This document shows positions 1-11,316 of a stretch of 64,000 nt of DNA, piece by piece. This DNA is from a virus: positions 34,514-98,513 of the IMG/VR virus record IMGVR_UViG_3300038415_000126, one strand, 5' to 3'. A model generated the notes under the pieces. The model did no database searches, was not told the origin of the DNA, and was given only the letters and a program-made list of their open reading frames with translations. Every line of letters begins with the position of its first letter. Within the stretch, counting starts at the first letter, position 1. The position numbers were made by a program, and so were the translations under genes.

Positions 1-443
1 TCAAGTGTTTCCCGACAGAAGTGGTCTGACATTCGATGTTCGTTGACTACGGAAAATCCACCATAGGTGAACGATGCGGGGGCAACACCATTCAAGATGT
101 CCTGAATGCAGGCTCGGTACTTGTCTAGATTCTGCAAGAAATCTTCAAGAGGGGTCTTCCTAGCGAGAACCTCCTCGACCATGTGATCCGTCACATAATC
201 ATCAGCAAGCCGATCAAGGCGCTCTGGGCAACACACTTTGACCCATTCGACAAAAGGTCTCTTCTTGCTGGGTTTTAGGCCACCCAGTACCTTGATCCCC
301 TTTTCGTCAAGGGGAGACTTGAGCTTCTTGGCATTCTGATACTTCTTGTTGAAGGCCTCAACTTCTTTGACGGCCGCGTCCCAAAGCGACACTTCAGCGG
401 TCTTGTATCGGGCTGCTACCCGTAGCGTGATAGGGTCAGTCAT
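1..443 (-). CDS. Partial protein with N-terminal DPIxxRVAARY tag (runs off window edge)
   Basis: Manual translation from ATG at 443: MTDPITLRVAARYKTAEV..., open to position 1; ATGA overlap with the stop of the upstream gene. Confidence 0.8.
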   Translation of the reverse strand, partial: MTDPITLRVAARYKTAEVSLWDAAVKEVEAFNKKYQNAKKLKSPLDEKGIKVLGGLKPSKKRPFVEWVKVCCPERLDRLADDYVTDHMVEEVLARKTPLEDFLQNLDKYRACIQDILNGVAPASFTYGGFSVVNEHRMSDHFCRETL

Positions 444-1684
444 TTTCCCACCAAAGTCTCAAATGGCTCGACCAATGCTCTCGGGAGCCTGTCAAGACAG
501 TAGAATGCGAACATCTCAGCGAAGTTCTCACTAGGTCCACCCTTCTTGGCATAGTTCGTCACAAAGCCTTTGAAGTCGGGTTGAGTGAGGTCACGAGTCT
601 TCTCACCTTTCATAGACAACCAACCATCAAGATCGATCTTGTAGTTGGTCCCTGGCTTGGATTCGGTGACCATGTGCACTACCCATGAACCTCGCCCATT
701 GGGTATGGTCTGAGTCACCTGGAACGTCTTGCCCTTGTTGACCACAGTATCACCGATAGCGGGAAGTAAGGCCTTAGTTTCGGATAGACCCTTACCATCC
801 TCTTGGTTTTCGATCACACGGTACAATTGTTTAATGTCCCAATCACGACCCTTCATGAACTGGTGTTGATAGCGATGTCCTAACTCATGGATAGTGGTTT
901 TCAGGATGTCCGGGGAGGCTTTTGCGTCAGCTCGAACGAACATCTCATCAGAGTTAAAAAGGTAGAAAGCATAGGCGTTACGCATCAGCTTGTTGGTGAC
1001 CTGGATGTCTCCGTAGCAGACCTTGCCGAAGCCCTTCGACTTCAGATGTGCTTGAGCCTTCTGGGCCAAGTCAGTAATTGTATCCATGACCTTACCAGGG
1101 AAGCCCCCAGTATTGACCAGTGTGAAGTCACCCACCTTGATTCGAGTTGCCCCCTCACCCCCTTCTGAGTGAGCCTTACCAGTCCCAACGGCCAGTATCG
1201 CAACCGCAAGATGGCCCTTGAGTTGAGCCATCCGCTTCTCGTAGATGTCAAACTTTTCGAGGTCTCTTTCAATCCCACGTTGCTTAATCCTCGGAAGGCC
1301 AACACTGGCATAAACGAGCGCCGCCTTCTCGACTTTCTTCCTCAGGGGTTCTGGTAGGACCTTTTCCTGCAAGATTGAGAGGAACAACGGATCAAGAACC
1401 CCATTGGCAAGACCTTCAAACCCTTTCGTTGCCTTGAACCAAGCCTTGTAAGCTAGATCCTCAGCTTCAATGTATCCAGGCCACTTTCGTTCCCATGTAT
1501 GGGGGCCAACCTTTTCAGCTTCGAGGTACTCGTTGATGACTTTCCGGGCTTTAGCAATATCCTGCTCGGGGATCTCCAATAACGCGACCCCAGCTATGAA
1601 CTTGTGCAGTAAGGCATTAGGGTCACCTACTGCCTTAGCCCGCAGGTACCTAGCTGCTACTCGGAGGCTGATCGGGTCTATCAC
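440..1684 (-). CDS. Zincin metallopeptidase-domain protein (HExxH) with N-terminal RVAARY tag; possibly virion-associated
   Basis: TIHELGHRY and downstream NYAKKGGPSENFAEMF. Start reassigned to GTG 1684 (MIDPISLRVAARYL) by tag alignment and the TCTAT-N18 motif. Confidence 0.7.
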   Translation of the reverse strand: MIDPISLRVAARYLRAKAVGDPNALLHKFIAGVALLEIPEQDIAKARKVINEYLEAEKVGPHTWERKWPGYIEAEDLAYKAWFKATKGFEGLANGVLDPLFLSILQEKVLPEPLRKKVEKAALVYASVGLPRIKQRGIERDLEKFDIYEKRMAQLKGHLAVAILAVGTGKAHSEGGEGATRIKVGDFTLVNTGGFPGKVMDTITDLAQKAQAHLKSKGFGKVCYGDIQVTNKLMRNAYAFYLFNSDEMFVRADAKASPDILKTTIHELGHRYQHQFMKGRDWDIKQLYRVIENQEDGKGLSETKALLPAIGDTVVNKGKTFQVTQTIPNGRGSWVVHMVTESKPGTNYKIDLDGWLSMKGEKTRDLTQPDFKGFVTNYAKKGGPSENFAEMFAFYCLDRLPRALVEPFETLVGK

Positions 1685-3695
1685 CCTTGAGGTCGGACAT
1701 AGATAGAATCTCGACACACTGCTCGATGATCCTGCGTACTTGACCAGCAAGGGCGGCCTCAAGAGCGGCATCGACCATCTCTACTGCTTGATCTAAGGTC
1801 ACCTTGTCGCTACGGATCACTTCGACCAGATCAACGATAGCTTGCCTCTTTCGAGCCGCGTCCACATTCACTTCCTCTTTGCCCATCCGTCGATTAGGCC
1901 AACGGCTTCTTTAGTCGAACTGATCTTGCGAGCGAAGTTGAGGCGAGCCTTCCGCTCTGTTGAGCCTTCCGCTTCGAACCTGTTCTTGTAAACTGAAACC
2001 GTGATAGTCCAAACACCCCGATGCGAGATGCAGATGAACGGATCACCCGGCTTGTCCTCGTTCATCCAGACATTGTGGAGGTTTTCGCTAGGCTTAAGCG
2101 TGAACCCCAAGAATCTCTTGACACCGGCGGTTAACTTCGGCATACCGCTGCATATTACAAGGGAATCGAAGGAATGACAAGAGCACAACTGAAGGTATTG
2201 GCGAAGGTTCTGGATCAGTCGGCCGATGAGTTCAGCAACCATGGATGCAACGACTTGAACCTGAACAAGCTTGGGCTGACCCCCGACGAGCTTGAGAGCT
2301 TCAAAGCGGAGTTCACCATGTGCATGAAGAGCGATGACCCCTATTACGAGAGGACCGGAAATTGTGTCGAGGACTGGCTCGTTATGCGATACCTGAGCAA
2401 CTTGGCCTTGAGCGAAGCAACTACTTCGAAGTGACCCTCTCTTGCTTGCTGGCAGTCCTTCTCCCCGACCTTGGGATCCACCGGACATCCATCTTTAGCT
2501 CTGGCCAAGCACCAGGTACATGGAGCCAATGAAATGGCTGAACCGTCGGCATCGGTTACTTCGAGCATCCGCCCGCAAGCAGAACAACTGTAATCGGTTG
2601 ACATGAGGGAGATCTACACCAGGATTTGGAACTCCAAGGACACAAGAATCCCCTCAAGTCGCTTGTGGTCGTCCATCTCGTACCAGTACTCAAAGAAGAA
2701 TCGGTCAAATAGCTCTTCGGCCTCGGACTGTGACTTGTTGGTTTGGATGGCGAAAGCCCACATATGCGGTCTTTCATCGTCGGGCTTCACGATGACTGGC
2801 TCGTGGAAGTACTCGTCGAGCTTGATGAGCACCTCGCGCCCAACCTCGCGCAGGTTCTCTGGTAACTTCTGGACCTCATCTTCGATCATCAGCTGACCTT
2901 TTCCCCTTTGAGGACCCGCTCGAAGGTCCTGGTAGCCCAATCGAGAGCTTCACGAGCTGTCATCACGTAGAACTCTTGCCCACAGGTGGCGCACTTCTTG
3001 GAGTACATCTTGGTCCTGAGCGACAAGGTGTCGACCAAGGTACCCTTCACACTCTAGGCAAACGTAGCCCAAGTAATGGCGAAGTGGCTCATCACCTGGA
3101 ACTACTTGATGCCCAGTGTCAAGCACATGCTGATGGCAGTCTCGAACGAACTTGACTGGGTCATCATAGTCCATGCGATGACCAGTACACCAGTACTCTA
3201 GCTTAGTTCGACCATCAGGATGTACCTGGCCTCATCTGGGTTGAAGCCCAGCATGAGGAACACATTGGTTAGTTCGAACAGGTCGATACCGATCTTCTTC
3301 GGACCGATAGGGTCAAACGAGGTCATCTTGTTGGTCCCCTCCTCGGCCACAATGGCTCCAAAGACCCATTTGCGCCGATCCGTGTTCCACTCCCGAGGTC
3401 CTTTCCACTGGTACTTGGATAGCTTGGCGTAGGCTGCATCCCCAGACATCCCGTGTTTTAGAGCAAAGGCGACCAGCAGAGGGGAGTGGACCATCCGTGC
3501 GACCTCTTCCACGTGAGAGCCGCAGCAAGGACAGAAGGATCTATCTGGGACTATCTGGTGCTGAGAGTTCGACCGACATTCGAACTTCGTCCCATCCGCG
3601 ACCCGGAGTAGCTCCTCAGTCAGCTCGAACCCGTAGAGAACCTTAGCGTAAGCCGATGCGCTCATGGTTTTGATTCCCCAGTCATTTTTTTGATG

Positions 3696-4289
3696 TCACC
3701 CAGCGCCTTGTTCGTCCTCTTCAATGACCGCCGCGAGATGAACATCGCTATTAGTGACAGGATCATCGCCAGGACGTTCACACAGGCCAGGATCAGCTGC
3801 AGTCTTTCGTGGGTCATTGGCTTCAGGTACACCAGGGGGCCTCGCTCTGTCAACCATCTCGTACAGGTCGTACAGGTCCCGCGCGATAGCCCGTAGTGCG
3901 CAGACAGCCGGACTGAACCTCTCCGGTTCAGTCAAGATGCTGAAGAAGTTGTCATATTCGATGATTGACCGCTTGATTCGAACTAGCTCATGCCAGGGAT
4001 CGGTCTTCGTCCCAATCAAGCTCCTCAGGCTGTTGCACTGATCAACCCCCGGCCTAGCCAGGGAGCGAGCCCAAGTGTTCCGGCCCTCGACCGTGAAAAA
4101 GTACCTAGTCAGTAGTTCCCGTCTCTCTTCTATGGGGATGGCTTCCCCGTCCCTTGACATCTCCTGCAGCCGGGTTACCGTCAGGTCGAGGTACCATTGG
4201 ACGCGAGCCCGGTGACCAGCATCCTCGACATCCTCCTCCTGAGTGACATCTTGGAGCTTATCCAGGTACCATTCCAGATCGACGGCCAT
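3696..4289 (-). CDS. Hypothetical protein, family A (WY..YFFTxEGR..LA.S..RP)
   Basis: Paralogous to 14549-15082 and 15091-15624. Confidence 0.7.
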   Translation of the reverse strand: MAVDLEWYLDKLQDVTQEEDVEDAGHRARVQWYLDLTVTRLQEMSRDGEAIPIEERRELLTRYFFTVEGRNTWARSLARPGVDQCNSLRSLIGTKTDPWHELVRIKRSIIEYDNFFSILTEPERFSPAVCALRAIARDLYDLYEMVDRARPPGVPEANDPRKTAADPGLCERPGDDPVTNSDVHLAAVIEEDEQGAG

Positions 4290-4291
4290 CG

Positions 4292-4900
4292 CTAGATCAC
4301 CCACGGACGTTCGTACCGTGATACCCGAGGGGGCCTAGGCTCACTTATCACACCCAAGCTCTTAGGTACCCATAGATCAGGGATGTCAGAGTAATGCATC
4401 GGAGTGCAGTGGAACTCAGGCTCGGGCTCGACCGTTGAATAGCCAAGGACCAGACTATACGACTTGCTATCGGCCAATGAAGCCTTGACTCCCGGCCTAG
4501 TAACAATGAACAAGGTCCCGCCAGGTATCAAAATCCCCTTGTCACCGAGGAATCTGGTGAGTTGATTTACCCGATTCCCCATAGTCCTCATTGGATCAAA
4601 CACACGCCCATTGTTCTTGAACCATCTGTCAGTGATCTTCAGAACAGGTAGAGTCAGCTTCAATGGCTCACTCAATGTCACGTGGTCCTGGCGCTCAAAG
4701 TGGAACTCAAACCGACCATTCTCAGTTTTATCCCACTTAGTATGCCACTTCTCACAAGTATCTTCCCAATTGACCAGTAGCCCACCCACTCCAACTGAAA
4801 CAACAGTATAGCTAGCAGCGGCCCGAGAGTACGGGACGACGCGCAAACCATCCAAGTTCTCCGAGGTCTCGTACCACTTGAGGTGGGTGGGTAAGGGCAT
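4292..4900 (-). CDS. Hypothetical protein with C-terminal tag PRVSRYERPWVI
   Basis: ORF end; start taken at ATG 4900. Confidence 0.75.
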   Translation of the reverse strand: MPLPTHLKWYETSENLDGLRVVPYSRAAASYTVVSVGVGGLLVNWEDTCEKWHTKWDKTENGRFEFHFERQDHVTLSEPLKLTLPVLKITDRWFKNNGRVFDPMRTMGNRVNQLTRFLGDKGILIPGGTLFIVTRPGVKASLADSKSYSLVLGYSTVEPEPEFHCTPMHYSDIPDLWVPKSLGVISEPRPPRVSRYERPWVI

Positions 4901-5934
4901 CGCGTGGTCGTACCATGGTGCGACAATTGTTGTCAATTGACGTGACTTGGGTGTAAACTACCGCCCCATGGATGACGATACTGACGAAGGCTTTCTGCTC
5001 TATGTGGACCTGCACTCGGAGACCGATCTAGCCTTGTTCAGCCGAGAAGACGTTGTACGACTTTTGAGGCTAGCCTGTGTCCCTCCAGGCTCCTGGTTCA
5101 TACCGAACAGGACCTTCCTCAGCGTTCACTCCGATGTTGCTCGTCCCCTCATCAAGCGAGCCAGAAGACATCTCAAGCGACTGAAGACTCCACAGTTGGA
5201 ACTCCCATTCGACTCATGCCGGGGCGCCGAGGACTACCTGCTATCCGAATGAGCCATTAAAGGCGAACGGCCCACGTGTCAGATGGGCCGCTCAAGCCTT
5301 GGTTACTCGCAAGGTTCCAATCCCTAGCGACTGATGATGGCTGGTCTGATCCTCAGTTCCCCCGTTTGCCCTGATCTTGAATTACTTCAGGAGGTAGCGT
5401 ATAGGGGAACTGGAAACCAAACGAGTGATAGGAGCATAATCAAATGCCCTGACACTGTCTAGTTCCTTTTGAAAAATCCAGTTGCTTTTGGGGCCGGATC
5501 AGCTGTCAAAGGGACAACAACGCCAACCACTGGCATCCCATCAATCTCTGATGGGATGCCCGGAGGAACCTGGCCCACACTCACGAAGTTAGCAATTAGG
5601 GTAAACCCATCATGGGAAACACCCACGTAGTCAAAGCCCGGTAGACCCATTTGTCGGAGCACATTGGTCAGCTGCTCCCTTCGAGTACCGATCTCACCTG
5701 GGTTGAAGAACCGTCGAAGCTCCTCACCAGGCTCAATCCGATACGCCGGATGATCCGACCCCATCTCAACGTACCATGCCGGCGGAGAGGGCTCGCGCAT
5801 GACTACTCCGGGCTCTGGGTAGACTCGACGAACATACCAATGGTTCCCACGCGGGTCGACGTAGTCACCACATTCTGGCCGATCCTCTTGAAACACGAGG
5901 AAGGTCCAGGTTACTAGTTCAGGGTTCGAGACGA

Positions 5935-7116
5935 TCATGTAGAAAACCGTTCAAGCAACAGTTGCTCAACAACGGCAGGGGTAGACCCCAGTAAGTCAGA
6001 GAGAGCCCCAATACTGAGAATCTCACGAGGTATCAGACGAAGCAAGCCCGATAACATCTGGGCTAATACCCCCATTGACAACCCAACTTTAGGATGGATC
6101 TTGAGGTACTCCTGACGGATCTCTCCCATGTCGCTCTCACTGAGGGCCCCTTTCGCGAATAATCGTTCGTACTCACGAAGCTTCCTCACATCAGCGATGT
6201 TGTTCAAAGAGGTGTCTGCAAGCTCCATGAGTGACTTTTCGATGATCCCACTGTTCAGCTTGAGGGAGAGAACCTTTAAGCAGAGATCGTCGTTGTTCCC
6301 ATGAAGAATGACGAGACGTATCCGGCCCTCATCGTCCAGGTACTGCGCCTTCAACTGCGCCTTGACCTCTTCAATCCGGACCCGAGCTTTGGCTCTCTCC
6401 TCTTCGTTCACCTCAACAGGGGGGCGGGTGCTCAAGGGGGCCAGTTGGTAGTACTGCGCCCAGGTACTATTCTCGATTGATAGTCTGTTGAGCGTTACAT
6501 CAGGCATGTAAACCACTGTATTACGTGCTTCAACAAGAGCCTCTTGCTCAACCCGGGCTTGCTCTTCAGGGCTGCGATGGGTAACCAGATTCTGGATTCC
6601 TCGTAGATCTGGACCAGAAACCCTCGGAACCGAGTTCCAAATGTGGGGTAACAAGTCCTCGTAGGGCATGTGAACCCCTGAATCGAGGTTATAGGGGTCG
6701 AGCCCAATCCCAAATATGGACTCATCCGACAGATCGCTGATACTACCAAGGGACGAGGATACCTGAGTGACCGTATCAATGGGGATCTCTTCTTGCCCCT
6801 CTATGACGGGCTTGCCACCACGAGGATTGAACACGAACCTGACGTCTGGTGAAAGTAAAGTACCCTTGCTTGAGTTGATTTGCCTCAGAAACTCCATCGC
6901 ACTCAAGTACTTAGATCGAACGTCTGAAGGTAACCGGCTCACGAACTCATCATGCGTAATCCCATCCTCGGCCTCTAATTGGGTGGATTCAGCCTTCTCA
7001 ATCAACTCCTCAAAGCTATGCTCACGAAGACTCGCCAGTTGCTTCGCTTGGGTATGAAACTTCTTGCTGCTTACCGCAACTTCAAAGGACCACTTGCTTC
7101 TATTTGCAGGCTCCAT
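5935..7116 (-). CDS. Hypothetical protein (~393 aa)
   Basis: Long ORF; ATG 7116 preceded by GGAGG. Confidence 0.7.
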   Translation of the reverse strand: MEPANRSKWSFEVAVSSKKFHTQAKQLASLREHSFEELIEKAESTQLEAEDGITHDEFVSRLPSDVRSKYLSAMEFLRQINSSKGTLLSPDVRFVFNPRGGKPVIEGQEEIPIDTVTQVSSSLGSISDLSDESIFGIGLDPYNLDSGVHMPYEDLLPHIWNSVPRVSGPDLRGIQNLVTHRSPEEQARVEQEALVEARNTVVYMPDVTLNRLSIENSTWAQYYQLAPLSTRPPVEVNEEERAKARVRIEEVKAQLKAQYLDDEGRIRLVILHGNNDDLCLKVLSLKLNSGIIEKSLMELADTSLNNIADVRKLREYERLFAKGALSESDMGEIRQEYLKIHPKVGLSMGVLAQMLSGLLRLIPREILSIGALSDLLGSTPAVVEQLLLERFST

Positions 7117-8229
7117 ATTTCCTCCACTTCCTTCAACTCCCACATACGCTCGATGTGTCAGCCACCAATAGGACCCAACCAGGGTTCGCCAACGTCCTTC
7201 AATTCCCACATACTCTGTCACTAACCATGGTTCAGCTCCACTCTGATTCGAGCGTGAGGACCTTTTGAGCCAGCAAGGTGATCGCCCGCTTCGTCTCCTC
7301 AGGGAGACCATCCGGAGGCGCCTCAGGTAGACTTGGGTCCAAGTCACGAGCCTCCAGCCACGCCCGAGGGAACTCGATAGCCCGGATCTTGTCCAGCTCG
7401 GTACCGTGAGAGCTTACCGGTTGTCCTGAGACGTCTCTAACCCTTCGATTGCCTTTTGACATCGCTCTTGGACCTCTTCAGTGTTACAGATATTGACTAT
7501 GATGTCCTCATCTACTGGGATTCGAAAGATCTGACCACTCGATGTCCTAACATCAATATAGGCTCGTGTAGTACCGCTCACTGGGGCAGTGTAGATCACC
7601 CGATCAGACCCAGATTCCTTCACGGATGCAATTTCACGATCAATGTGGTAGCCAACCACATCAAGTACAGCAAGGGCTCCTGGTAGCAATGGGGTTTCAC
7701 TCGGTACTGTCTCTTCTGGCATGGTACCTCCGGTTACACCGCCCGAAGCGGATTATCGGTCCCTGTTCTGCTTAGCCATCTCAGCCATAGTGTTCACAGT
7801 ACACTCAAGCGTGTCTGTCAGCTGCTTTATCTCGCGTTCTTGTACATCGAGTCGTCGTTCAACTGCGTCAAACTCGCGTCGATACCCACGTGCTAACAGG
7901 ACACTACTGGCCATGAATAGCAAGTAGATTGACGTCCATAGTGTATCTCTTCGCGTAAAGCTCACGATTCCACCTTATCCAGGGTTAGAAGTTCTTCACA
8001 TTGGTGACTGTCTCTTGGGCCTTGCAAGCAGAGCATCCAACGGAAACAATATCACCACACCCAGTAGGAGTGAACTTCACGTAGAAGTTGGTATCGAAGA
8101 GCATTCCAACCACATTCGATGGCTTGCAAGCCTTCCGGTGCTCATCAATCCAATCCTTGATCTTCTCAGCTTCCTCTGGGGTCGCCTCGAACTTGAAGGC
8201 ATGGTTCTCGAACCAACGCTTGTCCATCA

Positions 8230-8487
8230 TCACCACCGAACCGTGCAGGCCTTCATGACAAGCCCGCAACATACGACACCGGGGACCCGCTTCAAACCAA
8301 TTGGATTGGTCGCCTCGAACTCAGTGGCCGACCAATCACCCATGCACGCAAAGAAGCCATGCCCGCGGGTCTGCACCTCTGTGAAACCACTGTACCTGAG
8401 GGCTCTCTGAGTATCAGCCTCGTTCGTCCAGGGGAGACACCAGGCAATCATAAAGAGTAGAGAAATCACGTTGATGATGAGTTTCAT
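8230..8487 (-). CDS. Small Cys-containing membrane-anchored phage protein
   Basis: Hydrophobic N-terminus; GFFAC...ATEFEATNP...GVVCCG...CTVR pattern common in phages. Confidence 0.6.
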   Translation of the reverse strand: MKLIINVISLLFMIAWCLPWTNEADTQRALRYSGFTEVQTRGHGFFACMGDWSATEFEATNPIGLKRVPGVVCCGLVMKACTVRW

Positions 8488-8508
8488 GCCAACTTGTTAC
8501 ACCAAGAG

Positions 8509-8538
8509 GTTGAGTTTTGACCCCTCTCGCGCGTAATA
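8509..8538 (+). promoter_or_regulatory. Class I promoter-like motif (GTTGAG-N15-CGCGTAATA)
   Basis: ATG 8545 lies 6 nt downstream. Confidence 0.8.
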
Positions 8539-8544
8539 TTAGTC

Positions 8545-8847
8545 ATGAACACTGAACGACGCTCCCTCTTTGCTTGCGGGGTTGAACTGGTACTCGAAAA
8601 CGGCAAGGTCACTATCCCCGGCAAGAGCAACGACGGCCCTCCCCGCCAAGAGTACGCCGACAAGCTCGCCACTATGACCGAAGACGAGTTCTTCGAGGCC
8701 TGCAAGAAGTACATCTGGCTCTCGGCCTATGCCAGCAACAACCCAAGGTCTGACTATCACTGGCAGAATGATGCTTGTACCCTTGAGGGCTGGCGCCGGA
8801 ACCGTGATGACATCTACCAGAAGGCCTGGAACGAGGTTGCAAGGTAA
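8545..8847 (+). CDS. Hypothetical protein, leaderless
   Basis: ORF directly after class I motif. Confidence 0.75.
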   Translation: MNTERRSLFACGVELVLENGKVTIPGKSNDGPPRQEYADKLATMTEDEFFEACKKYIWLSAYASNNPRSDYHWQNDACTLEGWRRNRDDIYQKAWNEVAR

Positions 8848-8866
8848 TCCCTGGTTGGATCACCAT

Positions 8867-9382
8867 TTAGATCACCCAAGCCCGATTGTACCGCGATACT
8901 CGACGAACCTGTGGCTCATCAGGGAGCCTAACCTCGACCTGAAGAGGGACAGCAAACTGTGGGGTCAACCACAAGTGACTCGCGAGGCTTGCAGGGAGCT
9001 CCTTCATCCCCTGAATAGGGGTTAGCTCGTTGGTCAGACTCGCATATGCGAGGCCCAAATACACAACAGCATAGCCCCTATCCTCACGATGAATCCAGTA
9101 GGCCCCGTAGAAGTTCCCGTCTCTGAACCCGTACTCATTATCAGAGGCCGCATAGTCAACCATGTCCTGAGCACCCCTTGTGAGTTGTTCAAACAGAGGG
9201 TCAGCCCACTCACTGATGAGGGTGACAATCGCTATGTCATGCGTTAGGAACCATGCCTCAACGCCTGCATTCCGGTTGTCATAGTCCTTGTAGTTCAGGC
9301 AGACAATCGGAGTCGAAGTGGTGTGGAACCCAGCCGGTGCATCTGTTGGGACTTCGAACCAGCGAATCGCCTTTGAGATCAT
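8867..9382 (-). CDS. Hypothetical protein with C-terminal tag RRVSRYNRAWVI
   Basis: ORF end; coupled downstream of the kinase gene. Confidence 0.75.
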   Translation of the reverse strand: MISKAIRWFEVPTDAPAGFHTTSTPIVCLNYKDYDNRNAGVEAWFLTHDIAIVTLISEWADPLFEQLTRGAQDMVDYAASDNEYGFRDGNFYGAYWIHREDRGYAVVYLGLAYASLTNELTPIQGMKELPASLASHLWLTPQFAVPLQVEVRLPDEPQVRRVSRYNRAWVI

Positions 9383-9852
9383 ACCAAGACACTAGCCTTG
9401 AGGAAGGTCTTCTCCGGACCCCACACGACCTCGTACAGCTCGTCAAAGCCTTCCGCCAGGGTTGGGGCAACGAACAACTTTGCCTTCGCTAGAATGCCCA
9501 CACGAGGTATCAAAGCCTTCCCGACCCTCCGTGAGTTGCGATCTAGTGACTGCTGGGTAGAGCACCTAAAGTGATACCCCACAACCCAGGCAGAGTACTC
9601 CCGGCCGATTTGTATCAGCTCAGACCGCTCTTCCAACGTCACATTCGTGTTGTCCACAACCACTGAGCGCCCAGCACTCAGATCTTCTCGGATGAGTTGC
9701 GCCTGCCGAGCCGACTTGGACACCCCGCTCTTCCGGTCTCGACCCATCATGTCCTTGCTCACGACACTATGCTTCGGGTACTCCGCCATCCGGAATGTAC
9801 TCTTCCCCGATGCTTGTAGGCCCACAAGTATGACTAGGTCCATTGAATTCAC
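9379..9852 (-). CDS. P-loop kinase (AAA_33 / polynucleotide kinase-like)
   Basis: Walker A GLQASGKST, VVVDNTN motif, adjacent to Thg1-like gene. Confidence 0.9.
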   Translation of the reverse strand: MNSMDLVILVGLQASGKSTFRMAEYPKHSVVSKDMMGRDRKSGVSKSARQAQLIREDLSAGRSVVVDNTNVTLEERSELIQIGREYSAWVVGYHFRCSTQQSLDRNSRRVGKALIPRVGILAKAKLFVAPTLAEGFDELYEVVWGPEKTFLKASVLV

Positions 9853-10619
9853 TCATCCGATCTAAGCACACCCAGACCGAGACACAACTTAGTCACGAGA
9901 CTAGCATATTCTGGCCCACGAGGGAGGTCTCGGTTTACATAGACCCTTCTCCTCAAAGCCATACTCGTCTCGTTCTTCTTGGGGTTGAACCCGTTCTTCT
10001 CGAAGTTCTCCCAGTAAATCCCGCAACCCCGCTTTTGCCATGCAGGAACGTTATTGAAGTTGATCCCGTGCTTGTGCAAGAGCTCGTTCTTCTCACTGAA
10101 GGTCTTGCCCTCAAGAGCTTTCGTCGCTTCCAAGGCGCTCTTGCCCTTGCCTCGAAGCGTCCAGTAGCACCACCCATTGAGGCAGCACCGGGAAGCATCC
10201 GACTGCCTCCATCTGAAGTAGTCGACCACGTCATCATTCGAAACCCCAACCCACACGCGACTATCAAAGTGAGCCGGATAACTCAGTTTGACTGAGAAAA
10301 TAGAACTTGCCACGCCCGCGGACACCGAAACCAGCTTCTCGATCTCTCGACCGAATAAGTCGGTATCACGGGGTAAGAGAACGCTGATCTCATCCGACTC
10401 CGTGAAGGCGTAGAGCCCACCCAGCTCGACTAGTAGGGCAAGAGCCGTCGCCACCATGTAGTCGTGGAACTTGTGGTCAAAGGGGTGCTCAAACACCTTG
10501 GTCAATCGAGTGAAGCTCCGTCCATCAACGCGAATAACCATCCAAGCACCGGGAAGGGCCGCCATCGAGTGGTAACACTCAAGTCGTCGCATCCTGTCTT
10601 CAAGGCTATCGGACTTCAT
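9849..10619 (-). CDS. thg1: tRNA(His) guanylyltransferase Thg1-like protein
   Basis: IRVDGRSF, ESDEIS, FDSR, YFRWRQ, KNELL..GINFN..PAWQKRG motifs. Confidence 0.93.
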   Translation of the reverse strand: MKSDSLEDRMRRLECYHSMAALPGAWMVIRVDGRSFTRLTKVFEHPFDHKFHDYMVATALALLVELGGLYAFTESDEISVLLPRDTDLFGREIEKLVSVSAGVASSIFSVKLSYPAHFDSRVWVGVSNDDVVDYFRWRQSDASRCCLNGWCYWTLRGKGKSALEATKALEGKTFSEKNELLHKHGINFNNVPAWQKRGCGIYWENFEKNGFNPKKNETSMALRRRVYVNRDLPRGPEYASLVTKLCLGLGVLRSDE

Positions 10620-11064
10620 GCTGTCGCAGCTTTCTTCAATCGGTTCAGAGCCTGAACTTCATTCCTATCATAAAGGGCTGTTCTCCGGATACCAATCAAC
10701 TCACGCTCCGGGGTCACCAAGACGAGGTTCAGGCAGGTCATGTGGTAGTAGATCGCAATGATCCCATGAGGGACCTTCTGCAGAGCTTCCAAGACCGTGT
10801 TGTTTGGGTCAGTGGGCCAGTTCTCATGGGTCCAAACTTCATCGGTCAGCTGCTCGTGATCCATGGTGGGGAACTCATCCGTTTCGAGTATCTCACCTGT
10901 AGGTGAGCGGAAGCGACGAGTTGGGAAGAGCCCCTGCTTGATAGCTTCTTCCTGCGGAACCTCCTTCAGTCGATGCCCTAGAAGCCTCTCATGGTCGCGC
11001 TCCGCGAGGTAGGGAACACCAATGCGCTTTGCTAAGTCTGCAACGAACTTGGACATGAGTTATC

Positions 11065-11316
11065 TCAACTTTGGAGAACCTCAGTCGGCTCTACCCTCAA
11101 GGAGACCAACTGGGGAGCACCATCTTCCAGGTGGCGTGTGAACTCATACTCCCGAGACGACCTAGGGTTCCTGAAATCAGCGGTATGCATAAATCCAGTG
11201 ACCTCTAAACCTAACTTAGTACCACCAGCGATGGCGGCATCGTCCGCTGTTTGCGCTTCAACTACTAGTGTCTGACAATCGCTACGCCCTTTAGGCCCCG
11301 TAACCAAGAACATCAT
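11065..11316 (-). CDS. Hypothetical protein, paralog of 12031-12276
   Basis: Shared VTGP...T.VEA.T.D.AA..G..LG.EV.G....DFR. Confidence 0.7.
   Translation of the reverse strand: MMFLVTGPKGRSDCQTLVVEAQTADDAAIAGGTKLGLEVTGFMHTADFRNPRSSREYEFTRHLEDGAPQLVSLRVEPTEVLQS

Noticed and set aside
1685-1771. N-terminal extension of the 443-aa ORF
   Set aside because: It overlaps another gene; the tag and TCTAT-N18 motif point to GTG 1684
4292-4304. Tag end GGTGATC acting only as an extended SD for the next gene
   Set aside because: It does complement the 16S tail and may help coupling in some cases, but several copies use other codons or have no downstream ATG, and it cannot explain SRYxR
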